Translations under genes and position numbers: made by a program
The notes under the pieces: model-generated
What the model was told of the DNA's origin: nothing
The model's database searches: none
The model's input: the letters and a program-made list of their open reading frames with translations, nothing else
Origin: Octopus sinensis
Lineage: Eukaryota
NCBI RefSeq assembly: GCF_006345805.1
Contig: NC_042998.1
Location: 110,608,001-110,672,000, forward strand
DNA: 64,000 nucleotides
Reading direction: 5' to 3'
Part shown: positions 1 through 13,040 of the stretch, piece after piece
How the letters are laid out: every line of letters starts with the position of its first letter
How positions within the stretch are numbered: position 1 is the stretch's first letter

Positions 1-170
1 TTTTAAACCTCTCGACCTTTTTAAAAACGTTTTTCAGGAAAAAGTGAAATAACTCTAGCAATTCAGCTTGGAAAGGTATAGTAATGTGCCAAATTTTAAA
101 ATTTTTGATAAACTTTCGTTTTTGAAATGCTGGCAACCAAATGAAATAGATCCGCTCCGGGTACAAAAAA
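1..170 (-). repeat. Dispersed repeat, probably a DNA-transposon/MITE end; homologous to 44890-45058
   Basis: Its reverse complement aligns by eye with 44890-45058 (ccaagct.aattgct.ga.ttatttca...gtttttaaaa.g...gaggtttaaaa). Confidence 0.55.
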
Positions 171-442
171 TAATTAAGTAATATCACCACCACTGTTATT
201 ATCACTATTCTTACAATTATTATTGTTGTTGCTTTTTTTGTAGCAATGTTGTTATACTTGTTACTTTCTAAGTTGTTGCTGGTTATGTTTTTGTATGTTT
301 CTCTGGCTAGGCTATGTTCTGTAGCCGCAGAAAAAGTGGGAGTGGGGTCGATAGCCTGTATGCTATCGTTTTTATTAATTCCTGTGTCGTTGATTTTGTT
401 GCTGTTGTTTTTGTCTTTCTGTGAGCTACCTTCTGTAGCCGT

Positions 443-443
443 T

Positions 444-521
<78 letters not shown>
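443..521. repeat. (ATT)n microsatellite
   Basis: Direct reading. Confidence 0.97.
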
Positions 522-523
<2 letters not shown>

Positions 524-1005
524 TTTCCTTCTTTCTACAAATTTTCTTCCGTTTCTCGCCGAGTGTTTTCCGTACACCTAGGGCAGAGAAGCTCATTGTA
601 TGCATTCCCAGATTACACACGAAAATTCACAGATAAATATGTATTTAAAAAGTTAATGAATAAATAAATTCATGAATGGGTGTTGTTTTCACAGCGATAA
701 TGCTCTTCTCAGTACATAAGCCGTTCCAGTTAACACGATTTTTTGCACTTCCTGTAGGGATAGTAAGCCTGGTATCAATTAATAATTTCCTTTCTATTCC
801 CCTTGATGCCTTCTGATACTATTCGCAAGGACCCAACAATAATTGGCACTATATTCACCTTCTTTATTTCCATAGCTTGGCTATTTCTTACCAAAGCGTG
901 TTGTATTTATCTATGTTTTCGCCTTCCTTCTTGACTATTCATGGTTCAAAGGGGCATGTAACATCAACTATATAATATAGGATGTGCTTCTTGTCCACTA
1001 CCACC
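522..1005 (-). mobile_element. R4/Dong-clade non-LTR retrotransposon, 3-prime fragment (RLE domain end + 3-prime UTR)
   Basis: Minus translation VVDKKHILYYIVDVTCPFE...DKYNTL..EIAKLW...IVPIIVGSL...VQKIVLTGTAYVLRRAL*; (AAT)n on both sides. Confidence 0.8.
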
Positions 1006-1007
1006 CT

Positions 1008-1030
1008 TATTATTATTGTTGTTGTTGTTG

Positions 1031-1098
<68 letters not shown>

Positions 1099-1133
1099 GT
1101 TATTATTATTATTATTATTTTTATTATTATTAT
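1008..1133. repeat. (GTT)n/(ATT)n microsatellite
   Basis: Direct reading. Confidence 0.95.
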
Positions 1134-2025
1134 CTTTTAATTTGCATGTTCGTTATAATCACTTGCCAAGACATACTCAGCCTCCGGGGACGATTGAAGG
1201 ATAAGAGATGTTACAGTATGACTGAATCTTGGGGAAGAGAAATCGCAGGGGCAGTAGCAAAATATATTTATGTAATACAACACAGACATTTAAAATGGAT
1301 AGGGTTTTTCTAAGCATGAGGGCAGTACTTGTCAGCATAATCTTTTGGATTACTCTGAGATATGATTCTCCTGCAATATTGCATACATGTTTCTGAGATC
1401 ACTTCTTTATCATACCTGAGGCACCTACAATACCAGGAACAATTCTTTCTTTAAGATGCCTCATCTTTTGTATTTCAATTTCCAGGTCCTTATATTTATT
1501 TAATGTGTCAAATTCCTTTACTGATGTATTTTTTTATCAGTGGGAACATCTATTAGTCTACAAGTGTGTTCTTTCGTGTCTTTAATAATTATGTCTGGTC
1601 GATGAGCTTCGATCGTTCTGTCAGTATTGGCTGGAATATTCCAGAGGATATTGAGATTTTTATCTTTAACGACTGATTTGTGGTGATGTTCATACCAGTA
1701 AATAGGAATGCTTATTTTGTATTGTTTACATGTTTTCCCCATGTAAATACTGCCCTTCCCTGTCATGGCGATTCTTGTATTTCGTTTGGTGTCAGCACAG
1801 CACATCCCGAAACTGGATGGTCTATTGCTTCGTCAAAGGTGTCGCATAATCTGCATTTAGGATCAGTACCGTTTTGACTAGCGTTAGACTTGTAGTTCTT
1901 TGTAAACAGGCTTTAATATCCTGCCGCCAATATGAAACCTCCAGTCTCTTCTTTCAGCCCCGAACCTCTCAACCACTGATGAGTTGTTGCTTGGTCTATA
2001 TCAGCATTTCTATTTCGAAGTATAT
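1134..2025 (-). mobile_element. R4/Dong-clade 3-prime fragment (zinc knuckle + RLE), degenerate
   Basis: HQWLRGSGLKEETGGFILAA, CRLCDTFDEAIDH..SGC, ILWNIPANTDRTIEAHRPDIIIKD...LIDVP. Confidence 0.85.
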
Positions 2026-2690
2026 ACTGTCCAGGATTGAGACCAACGCTCCGATCACCACGGGTATCATTTTATATTACCATCTCGCATTCTATTTCCA
2101 CTTTCAATTCGGAGTACTTGATGAGTTTTTAACCTCTTTACTTACAATATTCATGTCGTTCAGCATGGCTACATGAATGATCTGACAGTATTTGTCCCTC
2201 ATATTCAATATAACAATGGTGTTCGATTACGCCATCTGTCTGAAAATCTTAGTCCCAGAGTATCGTTACTTATCCATCCTCCTGCATAACCTTACTTGGT
2301 ATATGCTCATACCAGTTCTCTATTACTTCATATGGGTACTTACGGCATTAATGACGATACACACACACTTTATCGTGGCAGCGCTTGTATTCTTTTTGTG
2401 CAAGGCTCTCACATCCACTTACCAAGTGGGTCACATTTTCCACACTCTGTCCATAGGTGTTAGAAGTTTTATAGATGCATTACTGAACTGGAAGAAGGAG
2501 CCTGGTCTTGTGCAGTAATGATCACACTTTCGGTGGCACACTTCAAATCACCTCGCTCAAGCCATGCCCACGATACTCTGTTATCCTTAACGTCTTGTGT
2601 ATTCCTTTCGTTCAGCGTGCTAATGATTCTTACTCTTTCCTTAAGCATGTCATGTCATTAGAATGGAATTTTTTTTATCTAACATTCTAA
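2026..2690 (-). mobile_element. Second, older R4/Dong-clade fragment fused upstream of the previous one
   Basis: Minus translation WAWLERGDLKCATESVIITAQDQA, ENVTHLVSGCESLAQKEYKRCHD, ILWD, MIPVVIGALVSI. Confidence 0.7.
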
Positions 2691-3069
2691 TTTTCACAAA
2701 AGAATGCTGTTAGATGCATTTGGTCAGCAAATGTCTCTCTAAGGGATCATTGTTCGGAAAACTATTTGATAGCAAATGCTGCTGACTAACAATCTAACCA
2801 TACTGTTTCATCAGATCGTATCATCTGAAGATAACGCACTTGAATATCTAGATATATTGCAAAGATGAAATAAAATGTACGAGTGTTCAATGATGGGTAG
2901 TATTACCAATGACTTCAAACTCATTCTATGATGTATATATATATATATAAATAAATATAAATATTTGTATGTGTGAGTGAGTGATGCAGTGAGTGTGTTT
3001 GTGTTTGTGTGTGTGTGTGTTTTTGCATGTATGTATATCTATATTTATATACACACACACACACGCGCG

Positions 3070-3177
<108 letters not shown>

Positions 3178-4045
3178 GAGAGTTTACAAAAAAACAAAAG
3201 ACGGGTGTGTAAACAACAAACAGATGTATTAGTTTAACTCTCGAGAAGTGAGAAAGTCTTTTACGTTTCGAACCTACGCTTTTCGACAGAAAGGAACACA
3301 TAAATAAACAGGGAGAGAAAATAATAAAGGTTTAGTGGCTAGCGATCTATCATGGCGAATGCCGGACAGAAGGGTCACACGGGAGTTCTAGGAAGAACGG
3401 GAGATAATAAAGTAGAAGAGATCCCAAAACAAAGGTGCGCGTGCGAGCGTGTATGTGTGAGCGTGCATGTGCAAGTGGATGGGGGTTGGTGACCTTCACG
3501 TGTGCGTTTGTGCATGTATATATGTGTGGGTGATGCTGTGGGTGCTGGGAAGTGGTCAGTGCTTGTGTGTGCGGGGTGGTGTCATGTGAGGTGTGTTATG
3601 GTAGTGTGTCGTGTAGTGGTGTGTGGTGTGGCGAGATGTGGTTTGGTGGTGTGTGGTGTGGTGTTGGGGTATTGGGGTGTGGGGAAAGCGAGAGTGGGAG
3701 AAGCAAGGGTGGGGTACGGATGGGTTTGTGGGAGCGGGGTGTGTGGAACGGGGTGGGGTGTGAGGAACGGGGTGGGGTGTAATGAGATGTATAGGGATAG
3801 TGGGGTTCGAATATGTAGGGGTGGGTATCGTGGGAGGGGTGACGATGAAGGGAGAAGGTGGGTAGGGGTGAAGCGAGGAAGCGGGTGTGAGAGGAAGAGA
3901 GGAGAGAGGAGGAGGGTTAGATGAACAGAAAAGAAGAGTTGAGCCCGTATTTCGCAAAGGAATGAAAAGAGAAGATTAATCTCTGTTCACGGCGAAGACG
4001 GGAGCCTGAATGGCCCCTGTTCAAGGACAATTCAAACACAGACAT
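3178..4045 (-). mobile_element. Penelope-like element 3-prime remnant (GIY-YIG C-terminus, C-rich UTR, pLTR)
   Basis: Minus peptide [22 protein letters not shown] (PLE endonuclease end) at 4045-3917; HHR-like motif 3258-3293; homologous to 55975-56290. Confidence 0.75.
3258..3293 (-). ncRNA. Hammerhead-like motif with non-canonical CUGUCGA core
   Basis: cttt-CTGTCGA-aaagcgtaggttc-GAAA-cg-TA-aaag; stem I cttt/aaag, palindromic stem III ACGT. Confidence 0.55.
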
Positions 4046-4068
4046 ATATATATATGTATGTATATATA

Positions 4069-4112
<44 letters not shown>

Positions 4113-4150
4113 GTGTGTGTGTATGCATAAATATATATGCATATATATAT

Positions 4151-4197
<47 letters not shown>

Positions 4198-4240
4198 GTG
4201 TGTGTGTATGCATAAATATATATGCATATATATACAAAAT

Positions 4241-4346
4241 TATGAGAGAGAATCCACTAAGTGGACTCCATTACGTTAAAGAGAGATCCGCATGAGTCTC
4301 AACGACTAAGAATTGTTCTCAAGAATATAGTGGATTCTCTCTCATA
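4241..4346. mobile_element. 106-bp miniature inverted-repeat element
   Basis: Perfect 19-bp inverted repeats TATGAGAGAGAATCCACTA (4241-4259) / TAGTGGATTCTCTCTCATA (4328-4346) with TA ends. Confidence 0.6.
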
Positions 4347-4410
4347 TTTATGTATTAATAATATTTACTGAATCTCAGTTTTATATGCGCTAAACCACTG
4401 GTGTTAAGTC

Positions 4411-4640
4411 GAAGAGCTGGCAGAAAAAGTTAGAACGCCGGGCGAAATGCTTTGTGGTATTTCGTCCGCCGCTGCGTTCTGAGTTCAAATTCCGCCGAGG
4501 TCGACTTTGCCTTTCATCCTTTCGGGGTCGATAAATAAAGTACCAGTTACGCACTGGAGTCGATGTAATCAACTTAATCCGTTCGTCTGTCCTTGTTTGT
4601 CCCTCTGTGTTTAGCCCCTTGTGGGTAGTAAAGAAATAGT
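4411..4640 (+). mobile_element. tRNA-related SINE, family 2 (other copies 13041-13251 -, 19864-20002 -, 63173-63340 +)
   Basis: gagctggcagaa...gagttcaaattcc (B-box-like GTTCAAATTCC); shared body in four copies. Confidence 0.8.
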
Positions 4641-4754
4641 TATTAAATTAATATCCAATTTTTTCGCCCTCATTTTGATTTTAATATGCATATATATATA
4701 TTCATATATATATATACATATATATATGTGTGTATACATTCATATATATATATA

Positions 4755-5667
4755 CAGGGTGTTTAAAAAGATTTGATATTATTTGAGATGTAAATATCAC
4801 AGAAATTACGTAGTCAAAGCAAATGAATCTAAATAGGCTTAACGTTGAGTAACATGAGATTTATTCCTCCAAATTTGAATGAGAAATTCAAAGGTATGTG
4901 GATTCCATGAACGATTTCACAAAAAAGGTTAATATAAATGCTTCTTAGAGATAGCACAGGACTTATTCACTTTTGGTGAGTCCCTCTCATGCTCAATTGT
5001 GGCATGAGGATCTTCTTCGCCCCAGATACGAACATTATGCTTACTGGCTTTGCCATTCGTATGAAATGTGGCCACATCACTGAAAACAAGACAGTCTTTG
5101 AACTCAACGTTTTCATGTTTCTCTTGCATATCAACACAGAATTGTTTGGGCTTCCGCTTGCCATTTGCCGTTAAGGCCTGAACGAACTTGTAGGGTTTCA
5201 TTAGCAAGCGATTCCTAAGTATGCGCCAGACTGTTGTCGTCGGAATCTCGGTTCCCAGACTTATTCTTCTTACGGACATCTTAGGGCTGCGGTAGAGTTT
5301 TTGGCAAACCCGTTCGACCGTCTCTTCCGATGTTAGTGGTCATCCAGATCCTTTTGCCCTGCACAGACAGCCTTTCTCTTTGAATTATTTGTGTCATGTT
5401 CAAATCTGCATTTTTAGAGAACTCTCTCATAAATGCACGCTGCACAATCTTGTTCGACTGTTTCCGAGCACACTCGAACACATAAAAAGGTTTTTCCCTT
5501 CAAGTGAATGGCATTTCTATACCTAAAAATATAAACATACCAAAAATGAAGCATAAATTTTGTCCTGTTTCTACACATGCTGTTAGAATTTGAAACATTT
5601 GCACAAGAACAAGAACTGGCAAAGTTATTAGATGGCGAAATGATATTACATTTTTTGATACACCCTG
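4755..5667 (-). mobile_element. Internally deleted Tc1/mariner-superfamily transposon (DUF4817-like N-terminus)
   Basis: TA-CAGGGTGT...ACACCCTG-TA imperfect TIRs of about 28 bp; transposase pieces FECARKQSNKIVQRAF and VFSDVATFHTNGKASKHNVRIWG...ERDSPKVN. Confidence 0.88.
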
Positions 5668-5678
5668 TATATATATAT

Positions 5679-5736
<58 letters not shown>

Positions 5737-6871
5737 CACACACATATTAAAATATCTTGTATACATTTCTTATATGTGTTCCCCTATACGTGTGTTTGTA
5801 TCTGCACAGAGTGATATATTTCTAATTAATTCTTTAAATTTTTTCTACATTTTTACTGGTTATATTTACACGTCAATCGTTTGTCTCAATCAGACTTATA
5901 GATTAGCAATATTACTATGATAACCCTGAATTTTTATTTTAACATAAATTCATCCTAATTTTATTAGGAAATTCCTCCTCTCAGAAAACAAAAGAATTGA
6001 AAACTAATACGATGAATAGCATGCTATCTTCTTTATGTACATACAAACATGTACATAAGAGTGCTTAACACGCGCACATGCACAAATGCACGCATACACA
6101 CATATAGACACGATATTTTCTTAATATGTATGCCTATATGTATACGCGCATATCCAAGCCGTCTTACATATATAGATACTTTCATATATACATACAATCA
6201 TTTTCCAAAGTTATTTCTAAGCCTCTGTAGTTCACGATTTCATTGTCCCATATCTTAATATCTGTTAAATTTGATTATATATATTGGCAGATGTGATCGA
6301 TCGATAGAAATGCTCCCCTCAATGAATAAATCAAATTCAAAGATTCCACATATTTTGTTATATTTTTGTTTTAAAACTCCGTCTAGGACGCATGTGTATC
6401 TTCATATTTTTGTTTCTTGTTACTTTTTTCTTATTTTCTCTAATTTGACAAACACTGAAATGTTTTCCAATATACATACATGCATAAATACATTACTAAT
6501 CTCATACAATTAATATATCCCCCACCACCATCAACTCACTTTTCCTCTCCAGCATTCATATCTCTCTTACATTCACGTACACAAAAATATGGCTTCGAAC
6601 AAACACATATATGAGACTTCTTTTAAACAAACACAATCACATACACAAACACTCACACACACACACACACACAAACATATATGTATACACACACACGCTC
6701 GGGCGCGCGCACAATCACACACATACGTGCTTATGCTTGCATGTAGATGTGCGTTCATATATATATATACACGTAATATATATATATATATATATACATG
6801 CATATAAATATATATTTATATACATACATATATATACATATGTATACATATATATATATACACATACATAC

Positions 6872-6920
<49 letters not shown>

Positions 6921-8044
6921 TACACATACTTATATACATACATATATATGTATATATATGTAAAGAGAGAGATAAATAGACAGATTGACAGCTACGCACA
7001 TGCATACATAAACACATACATACATATATCCTTGACATTATTCGCATGGAAAAAGGAGATATGAAAAAAGTGCTGCGTGTTGGGGTGATTTACAATTCTT
7101 TTATTGAATTTTTGCTTCAGTATATATGATGAGCGATTAGGGATACTGAGAGTGAGGCCTTATAAATTGTGTTTTATCTCCTCTGTATTTCATTCTTTTG
7201 TTAGATTATATATAATTCTAGAACTGATGCTCTATAAATTTTGTTTTTCCCGTCAAATTATTGCATTTCGTTAGATTAAATGCTTGAAACTTTAGAATTA
7301 ATGTTCTCTAAAATACGGAATCCAAATCGTACCATGGTGTCGTCAATATTGACCAATCTAGAAGGCGATCCTAGAAATTTATTGCAGATTGTATTATAAG
7401 GAATCGGAATTACAGGCAATACATCCACGCACACGTTTAACTTTGCACAACCTCATGTGTATAGGCATACATAAACACCCTTGCACACATATCATAGACC
7501 TGCACGCACACAAGCACACGTGTAACCCTACTACATATCTGTAATCTCCTTTTCGTACAGTTCTAGTATTTTTGCTTTCATTTACCTTTGTATGACTCAA
7601 TATCTCAGCGCATATCAGAGGCGTATAATGAGAATTATATATAAAATTCGTTTAATTATGTAAACAGTTCTCCCTTTTACCAGCAGGCACATTTCGCTAT
7701 TCATACATATATATAACGTCAGTAATGCTCAGGTACATTTAGGTGATTACTTACATCATCGAATTTATGTAAAATTAAAGTTCTTGAAAACCGTGCATAG
7801 CTGTTTAATTACATGTGCGTATGGCGCATGTCAAAATAAAACTTGACAGTTGGGGAAATATATATATAAAAAAATTGTTTTTGCCACTAAACTGAAGTAA
7901 TTCATCAAAACTGAAATGCGTTACCTCATAGGAAAATGTTTTCCGTTGTCTTCAAGGAAGAATATTTAATACTGCACATCAGGTGTTAGATTCTCTGTAA
8001 TCAAGTCTTATATAATGATTGTGAATGCAGATTTTTCTTACTAT

Positions 8045-8193
8045 AGGCGCAGGTGTGGCTCTGATCTAAGACATCTGCTTCTCAATCACATAGATCTAGG
8101 TTCACTCTCACTACTATAGTGTCTTCTACTAGAGCTTGAAGGTAACAAAAGCTTTGTCCATGAATTTGGTAGACGAAACTTTCTGTGTGTATG

Positions 8194-8244
<51 letters not shown>

Positions 8245-8493
8245 TTGTGTTTGTGTATGTGCGTGTGTACCTCTGTGTATGTATTTCTCCCTTGCTACCG
8301 CTTGAATTATTGCTCGGATGTTTAGGCGCCCTCCCCGTAACTTGGTGGTTCGGTAATAAAGCTCAATAGAAAACGTACCGCGTTTAACAAAATAAGTACT
8401 ACGATCAATTCATTCAACTAAATATTCCTCAAGGCGGTGTCCCAGCATGGCTGCATTCAAATAACTGAAGCAAATAAAATATAAAAGATAAAG
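8045..8493 (+). mobile_element. Diverged tRNA-derived SINE, family 1 (same as 35667-36062 and 38675-39177)
   Basis: aggcgcaggtgtggct head, gtgtcttctact, ccagcatggctgc...aactgaa...aaaagata tail. Confidence 0.7.
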
Positions 8494-8604
8494 ATACACA
8501 TACACAGGTACAAGCACAACAAATACATGCATGCATGCATAATTCATACATGTATACATATGCGCAAACCCTTCCGGATGTACATATATAAACACACAGA
8601 CACA

Positions 8605-9150
8605 CTCGAGATGGTATCAAAAAGTTCCCGGAATAGTTCTGTAGCGTGTTAACACATGGCAGCGCATGGTTGCGTGCGTATTGAGAGCTAGCAATGACCA
8701 CCATGAGGCAGTGTGTCGAGTGACATTGCCCTGCTTACTTTGGAAGTCGTGAACATTTTGATTTTGCGATCACTTTTCAGGTGTAGTCTGCGATTTTCTC
8801 AAAGATATAAACAAAGAGTCTACGTGAAATTTTGTGCAAGTTTCGGCAAGCATACAACGACCAGGCAATGAGTCGTACGCAATGTTTCTAGTGGCACAGG
8901 TGCTTCGGATGTAGATGAACATCCCTGGAAGACCTGCCACGAGCGTCATTCCTGGAAATGCGGTATTGTGCAACCCCCAGGACCAGACTGTCAACTGAGA
9001 GTTCTACTGTGGCGATTTGACAAGTTGGATGGAGGTCATTCAGTCAATGCGACAGTATCGGATCTGTAGTGCGTGAAGAATTGGATTCTTCGGTACTATG
9101 TCACCGAACGATCCTGAATCGGGAATTTCGCGCCGAAAACAAAAATTAGT
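8605..9150 (+). mobile_element. Degenerate mariner remnant
   Basis: TIR-like gatggtatcaaaaagttcccggaa; peptides QRVYVKFC, AYNDQAMSRTQCF.W, PPGQTVN.EFY. Confidence 0.7.
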
Positions 9151-9395
9151 GACAGGTCAAAGGGCTTTGAGTTTATATATCTTTTGAGAATAATATTTTC
9201 ATCTGAATTGTTCTAGGTTGAATATTAATCATGACATTGTCACGAGGATAATTCATATATTTTTAAAAAATTGTATGCTCGATATATCGTTCAAGTAGTA
9301 AATGCATAACTAAATAACAATAAAGAGAGAATGAAATAATTTTTGTGCCTATCTCCGTACACCCCTACCCCAACGCACACATACGAACTTACACA

Positions 9396-9443
9396 CACTC
9401 TGATGAAGAGAGAGCCATAATATCCCAGAAGCAGCTATAAGAC
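9396..9443 (+). ncRNA. Degenerate hammerhead motif (PLE pLTR relic)
   Basis: CTGATGA...caGAAGcagctaTAagac; same 3-prime half as 31270-31345; GAAA mutated to GAAG. Confidence 0.45.
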
Positions 9444-9519
9444 TATATCTATATCTGTTTCTCTATAAATGTTCTGAAAACCTCTCACAACCTTGAATTT
9501 GTTATCTCATGTTGTCTAA

Positions 9520-9598
<79 letters not shown>

Positions 9599-9611
9599 AT
9601 CTATCTATCTA

Positions 9612-9682
<71 letters not shown>
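9520..9682. repeat. (TCTA)n + (TA)n microsatellite
   Basis: Direct reading. Confidence 0.95.
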
Positions 9683-9684
<2 letters not shown>

Positions 9685-9896
9685 AAACAAAGAATGGAAC
9701 AAAGAGCTAACAGGCGACAACAAGACATTTGGACAGTTAGACGATACAAAAAGGACGCAAAAACGGAGAAATGGTACACAATTACAAATACAAACGCATA
9801 TACATATATGCGCATACTTACACATATATACTTATATATACACATATATACTTACACATATATATGCATTAGAATATATATACATTTGTATATACG

Positions 9897-9959
<63 letters not shown>

Positions 9960-10789
9960 ATGATCTAATTATCGTAATTTTCTTTATAATTATTAGATAT
10001 TAACTTTAAGTTTATTCGTAAGAATTTACTTAGCGATAGATATGTTGTTTGATAGCAAGTATACTAGTTGTCTGAAGTTAGGTTTATGTATATACATGTA
10101 TTAATAGCATTAATTGTAGTTTTAAATTTCTTATAATTATTATTTTAACTTATCTATTGTCTTTTTAAATTGATATTTGCTAGATTTATTATTCCCATTG
10201 ATAAATATATTTATAGAATTTATTTGATACTATATAACTACGAATTGGTTATTTCTTTAAGTATTTTAAATATAACATTTCTGAAAGTTATTATTTAGCC
10301 AACGAGATATAAAGATAGTTAATTTGATATAGCGTTCGTTTAAGATTGTTTGTTTGTTTTTTGAAATTAGCTATTTCATCTATAAATATGAAAAGTTAAT
10401 TTATTAGGTCTTTATTGTATGTGCATATATATATTTATAGAGATTAGTTTAGATCTTAATTATAATATTTATATACATTTATATATTTTCATTGATAATT
10501 TATATATTATTTGAATTTTATATTTTTAGTAATATAATAGTTTTTTTGTAAAATATTTATGTAATTAGATAATGACTATTACCGATATTAGATTATTGGT
10601 GGGTTTCTTACCATAAAAATTAATACTTAAAAATTAAAATTAATATTTAACATTATAATTGATGTTTTCATTTAATCGTTAAGTTTCTAGTTTGATAATA
10701 GAGTTTTTTTATAAGTAAAATTACTATATGATTTATTTCTTTAAAATATTGTTTAAATATTTCTGTTTACTTTTTAAAATATTACAATT

Positions 10790-10883
10790 AACCTGAAGAT
10801 TGACTGTAACCAAAATTCGAATTATTAATTGAATTTAAATTATTGTTATTCGAATTGGTTACGGGCATTAAACGATCGTAGTG
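10790..10883 (+). ncRNA. Degenerate long-stem-II hammerhead motif in an AT-rich PLE-like 3-prime region
   Basis: CTGAAGA-tgactgtaaccaa..ttcgaat...attcgaa ttggttacgggca-tTAAA-cgatcg-TA-gtg; palindromic stem III; G12 mutated. Confidence 0.5.
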
Positions 10884-10939
10884 TTTTTACTATTTATCTT
10901 ATATTAAACTTTTAATACTTTTTGATAGTTATTTAATTT

Positions 10940-10976
<37 letters not shown>

Positions 10977-11084
10977 TGTATATATTAGGTGTATATATAT
11001 ATATATATATACACACTTACATACATACATACATATATACATACATACACACACACACACACACCACACACACACATATATATA

Positions 11085-11116
<32 letters not shown>

Positions 11117-11129
11117 GTATACATATATA

Positions 11130-11440
11130 CAGGTTGGGCCAAAATCCCACAGGTGTTTCAATATTCAATAACTTGAATTTTCTGTTTTAAATCTGCAATG
11201 CCCCAGTATCAATATCAGTATATACCGCCCCCTGTTACAAAAGTGCTCTGACAACTGTCAGGTGACCACGATCGCATCACCTATATAGTGGGATTTAACA
11301 CGCAGAAAAGTAAGCACCCCAATAAGATCCTTTGGCTGCCCCACACATTTCATCGAACGTCAAAACCTGCCTAAGATGAGCCTACCAGTAACTAGAAGGT
11401 CATTATTTCAAACAGTCCCACAGGTGTAACGGATTTTTCA
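11130..11440 (+). mobile_element. Solo Tc1/mariner-type terminal fragment
   Basis: TA-CAGGTTGGGCCAAAA after (TA)n; tcccacaggtgt repeated at 11146 and 11417; no partner TIR seen. Confidence 0.4.
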
Positions 11441-12933
11441 ATAAACATATCTTAAGGTTGTCATTCAATTGTGCTAATAGTGTAACAAAGTTATTAGTTA
11501 ACGCCCCAGCACCTCGCATAGAAGAAGCATGCTCATGTAGGGGTAAAAACAACAAAGTGAAAGCGAAAACAGGACATATAGTTGGAAATATGATGCAACA
11601 TCGCAGAGTTCCTTTGAGGCTAAGCTAAGTAACTAGAGATCCTATTTTAGGGTCTCAGAGAAGCGCGACTACGTGACGATTTAAAGATGAGGGAACGCTA
11701 TACAAGACAAACTATAAGTTGCTGAAAATAACTGGGTCATACTTCATCGGAAGCAGATGATGAAACCTTAGTTTGGCCGAAAGGCCAACGATCCTTAAAA
11801 ATTCAGGCCATACAGGTCTCTTCTTGAATACAAAATATAAAATTTTAGTTGAAATCCTCACAATAGAAATTCGTTACGGAATGTAGACACCACGTTTGTG
11901 GATTAGTGACCAGTAAAAACATTGAGAAACTGAACCCTTTCGGTCACGTGTGAAATGAATGATATTTGAAATCAATTTCCATGAGGAGATGTTGGCGAAT
12001 TGGTAATCTAAATGTTATAGCTTCGCTTTTATATGCTTTCTTTAATCGGTTTTTATTGCTTTAAATACAATGTCAGTTTTAAATACAAGTCGTTTAGTAA
12101 TTAATTGGTTTTGTAATTAATGGAGGCGCTTAGAGAGGCGGCACTTTATTTTTGTATAACTTTCATTATATTGTATGCATAAATAAGAATTTCTGTCTGT
12201 ATAAAATTATGTGGTAATTCTTGATAAGAATATAGTTTGTTTCTTATCAAGGATTAATGAACAATCTTTGTTTACAGATTAGAATATCCTAGTAGTAACG
12301 CATTACGTTGATAACATGAACGGTAGAATAAAGCATGCAACAAATTTATTTCGACGTATTACATGTTGACAACAACTAATATACACGAGTGCAAAATATT
12401 TGCAGATCGACAATAGTGACATTCTGATATAGAAGAACAAAATGCCATGAGTATTTTCTTTCAAACACATCTGAAAATATATGTAAAATACTCCAAAAAT
12501 ACATTGCCGCATGTGATATGTTACGGGTTGACTTGACAAATATAGGCAATGAGATATTTGTTAACTCAACCATAACATTTTTGTAAGACATGCTTCAAAA
12601 GTTGCAATTTATATTTCAAACTTATATGTCATATCATAAACTACCCTAAAATATAAATAAGATATAGCACAGTATGTAAATTTCTACTATTACTGTTCAG
12701 GGTAACAAATGTACGGTTTGTAGAGTTGCACATCACATTTTTCTTAAACATGTCATTTGTTTCCCCAACTAGTGCAACTTCTCCTGATCCACTGTGCGTC
12801 CACATTCAAGTAGACTACCATGCAACCATTGTACCGAATGTTTTACCGTCATTTAGCATCTGTATGATAATAATAATATATAATAATAGTAATAGAAAAA
12901 AACAACAGCAAAAACAACAACATCAACAACAAT

Positions 12934-13031
<98 letters not shown>

Positions 13032-13040
13032 CAATAATAG

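Noticed and set aside
2795-2830. Minus-strand CAGATGA...GAAACAGTA hammerhead-like string
   Set aside because: Core mutated and neither stem I nor stem II pairs convincingly
7080-7320. Possible GIY-YIG relic on the minus strand (KIYRASV, KYRG)
   Set aside because: Needs several frameshifts; similarity too weak to support by eye
11753-11790. Perfect hairpin TTGGCC-GAAA-GGCCAA next to CAGATGATGAAAC
   Set aside because: The order and spacing of elements do not fit a hammerhead; a single 6-bp hairpin is expected by chance in 64 kb
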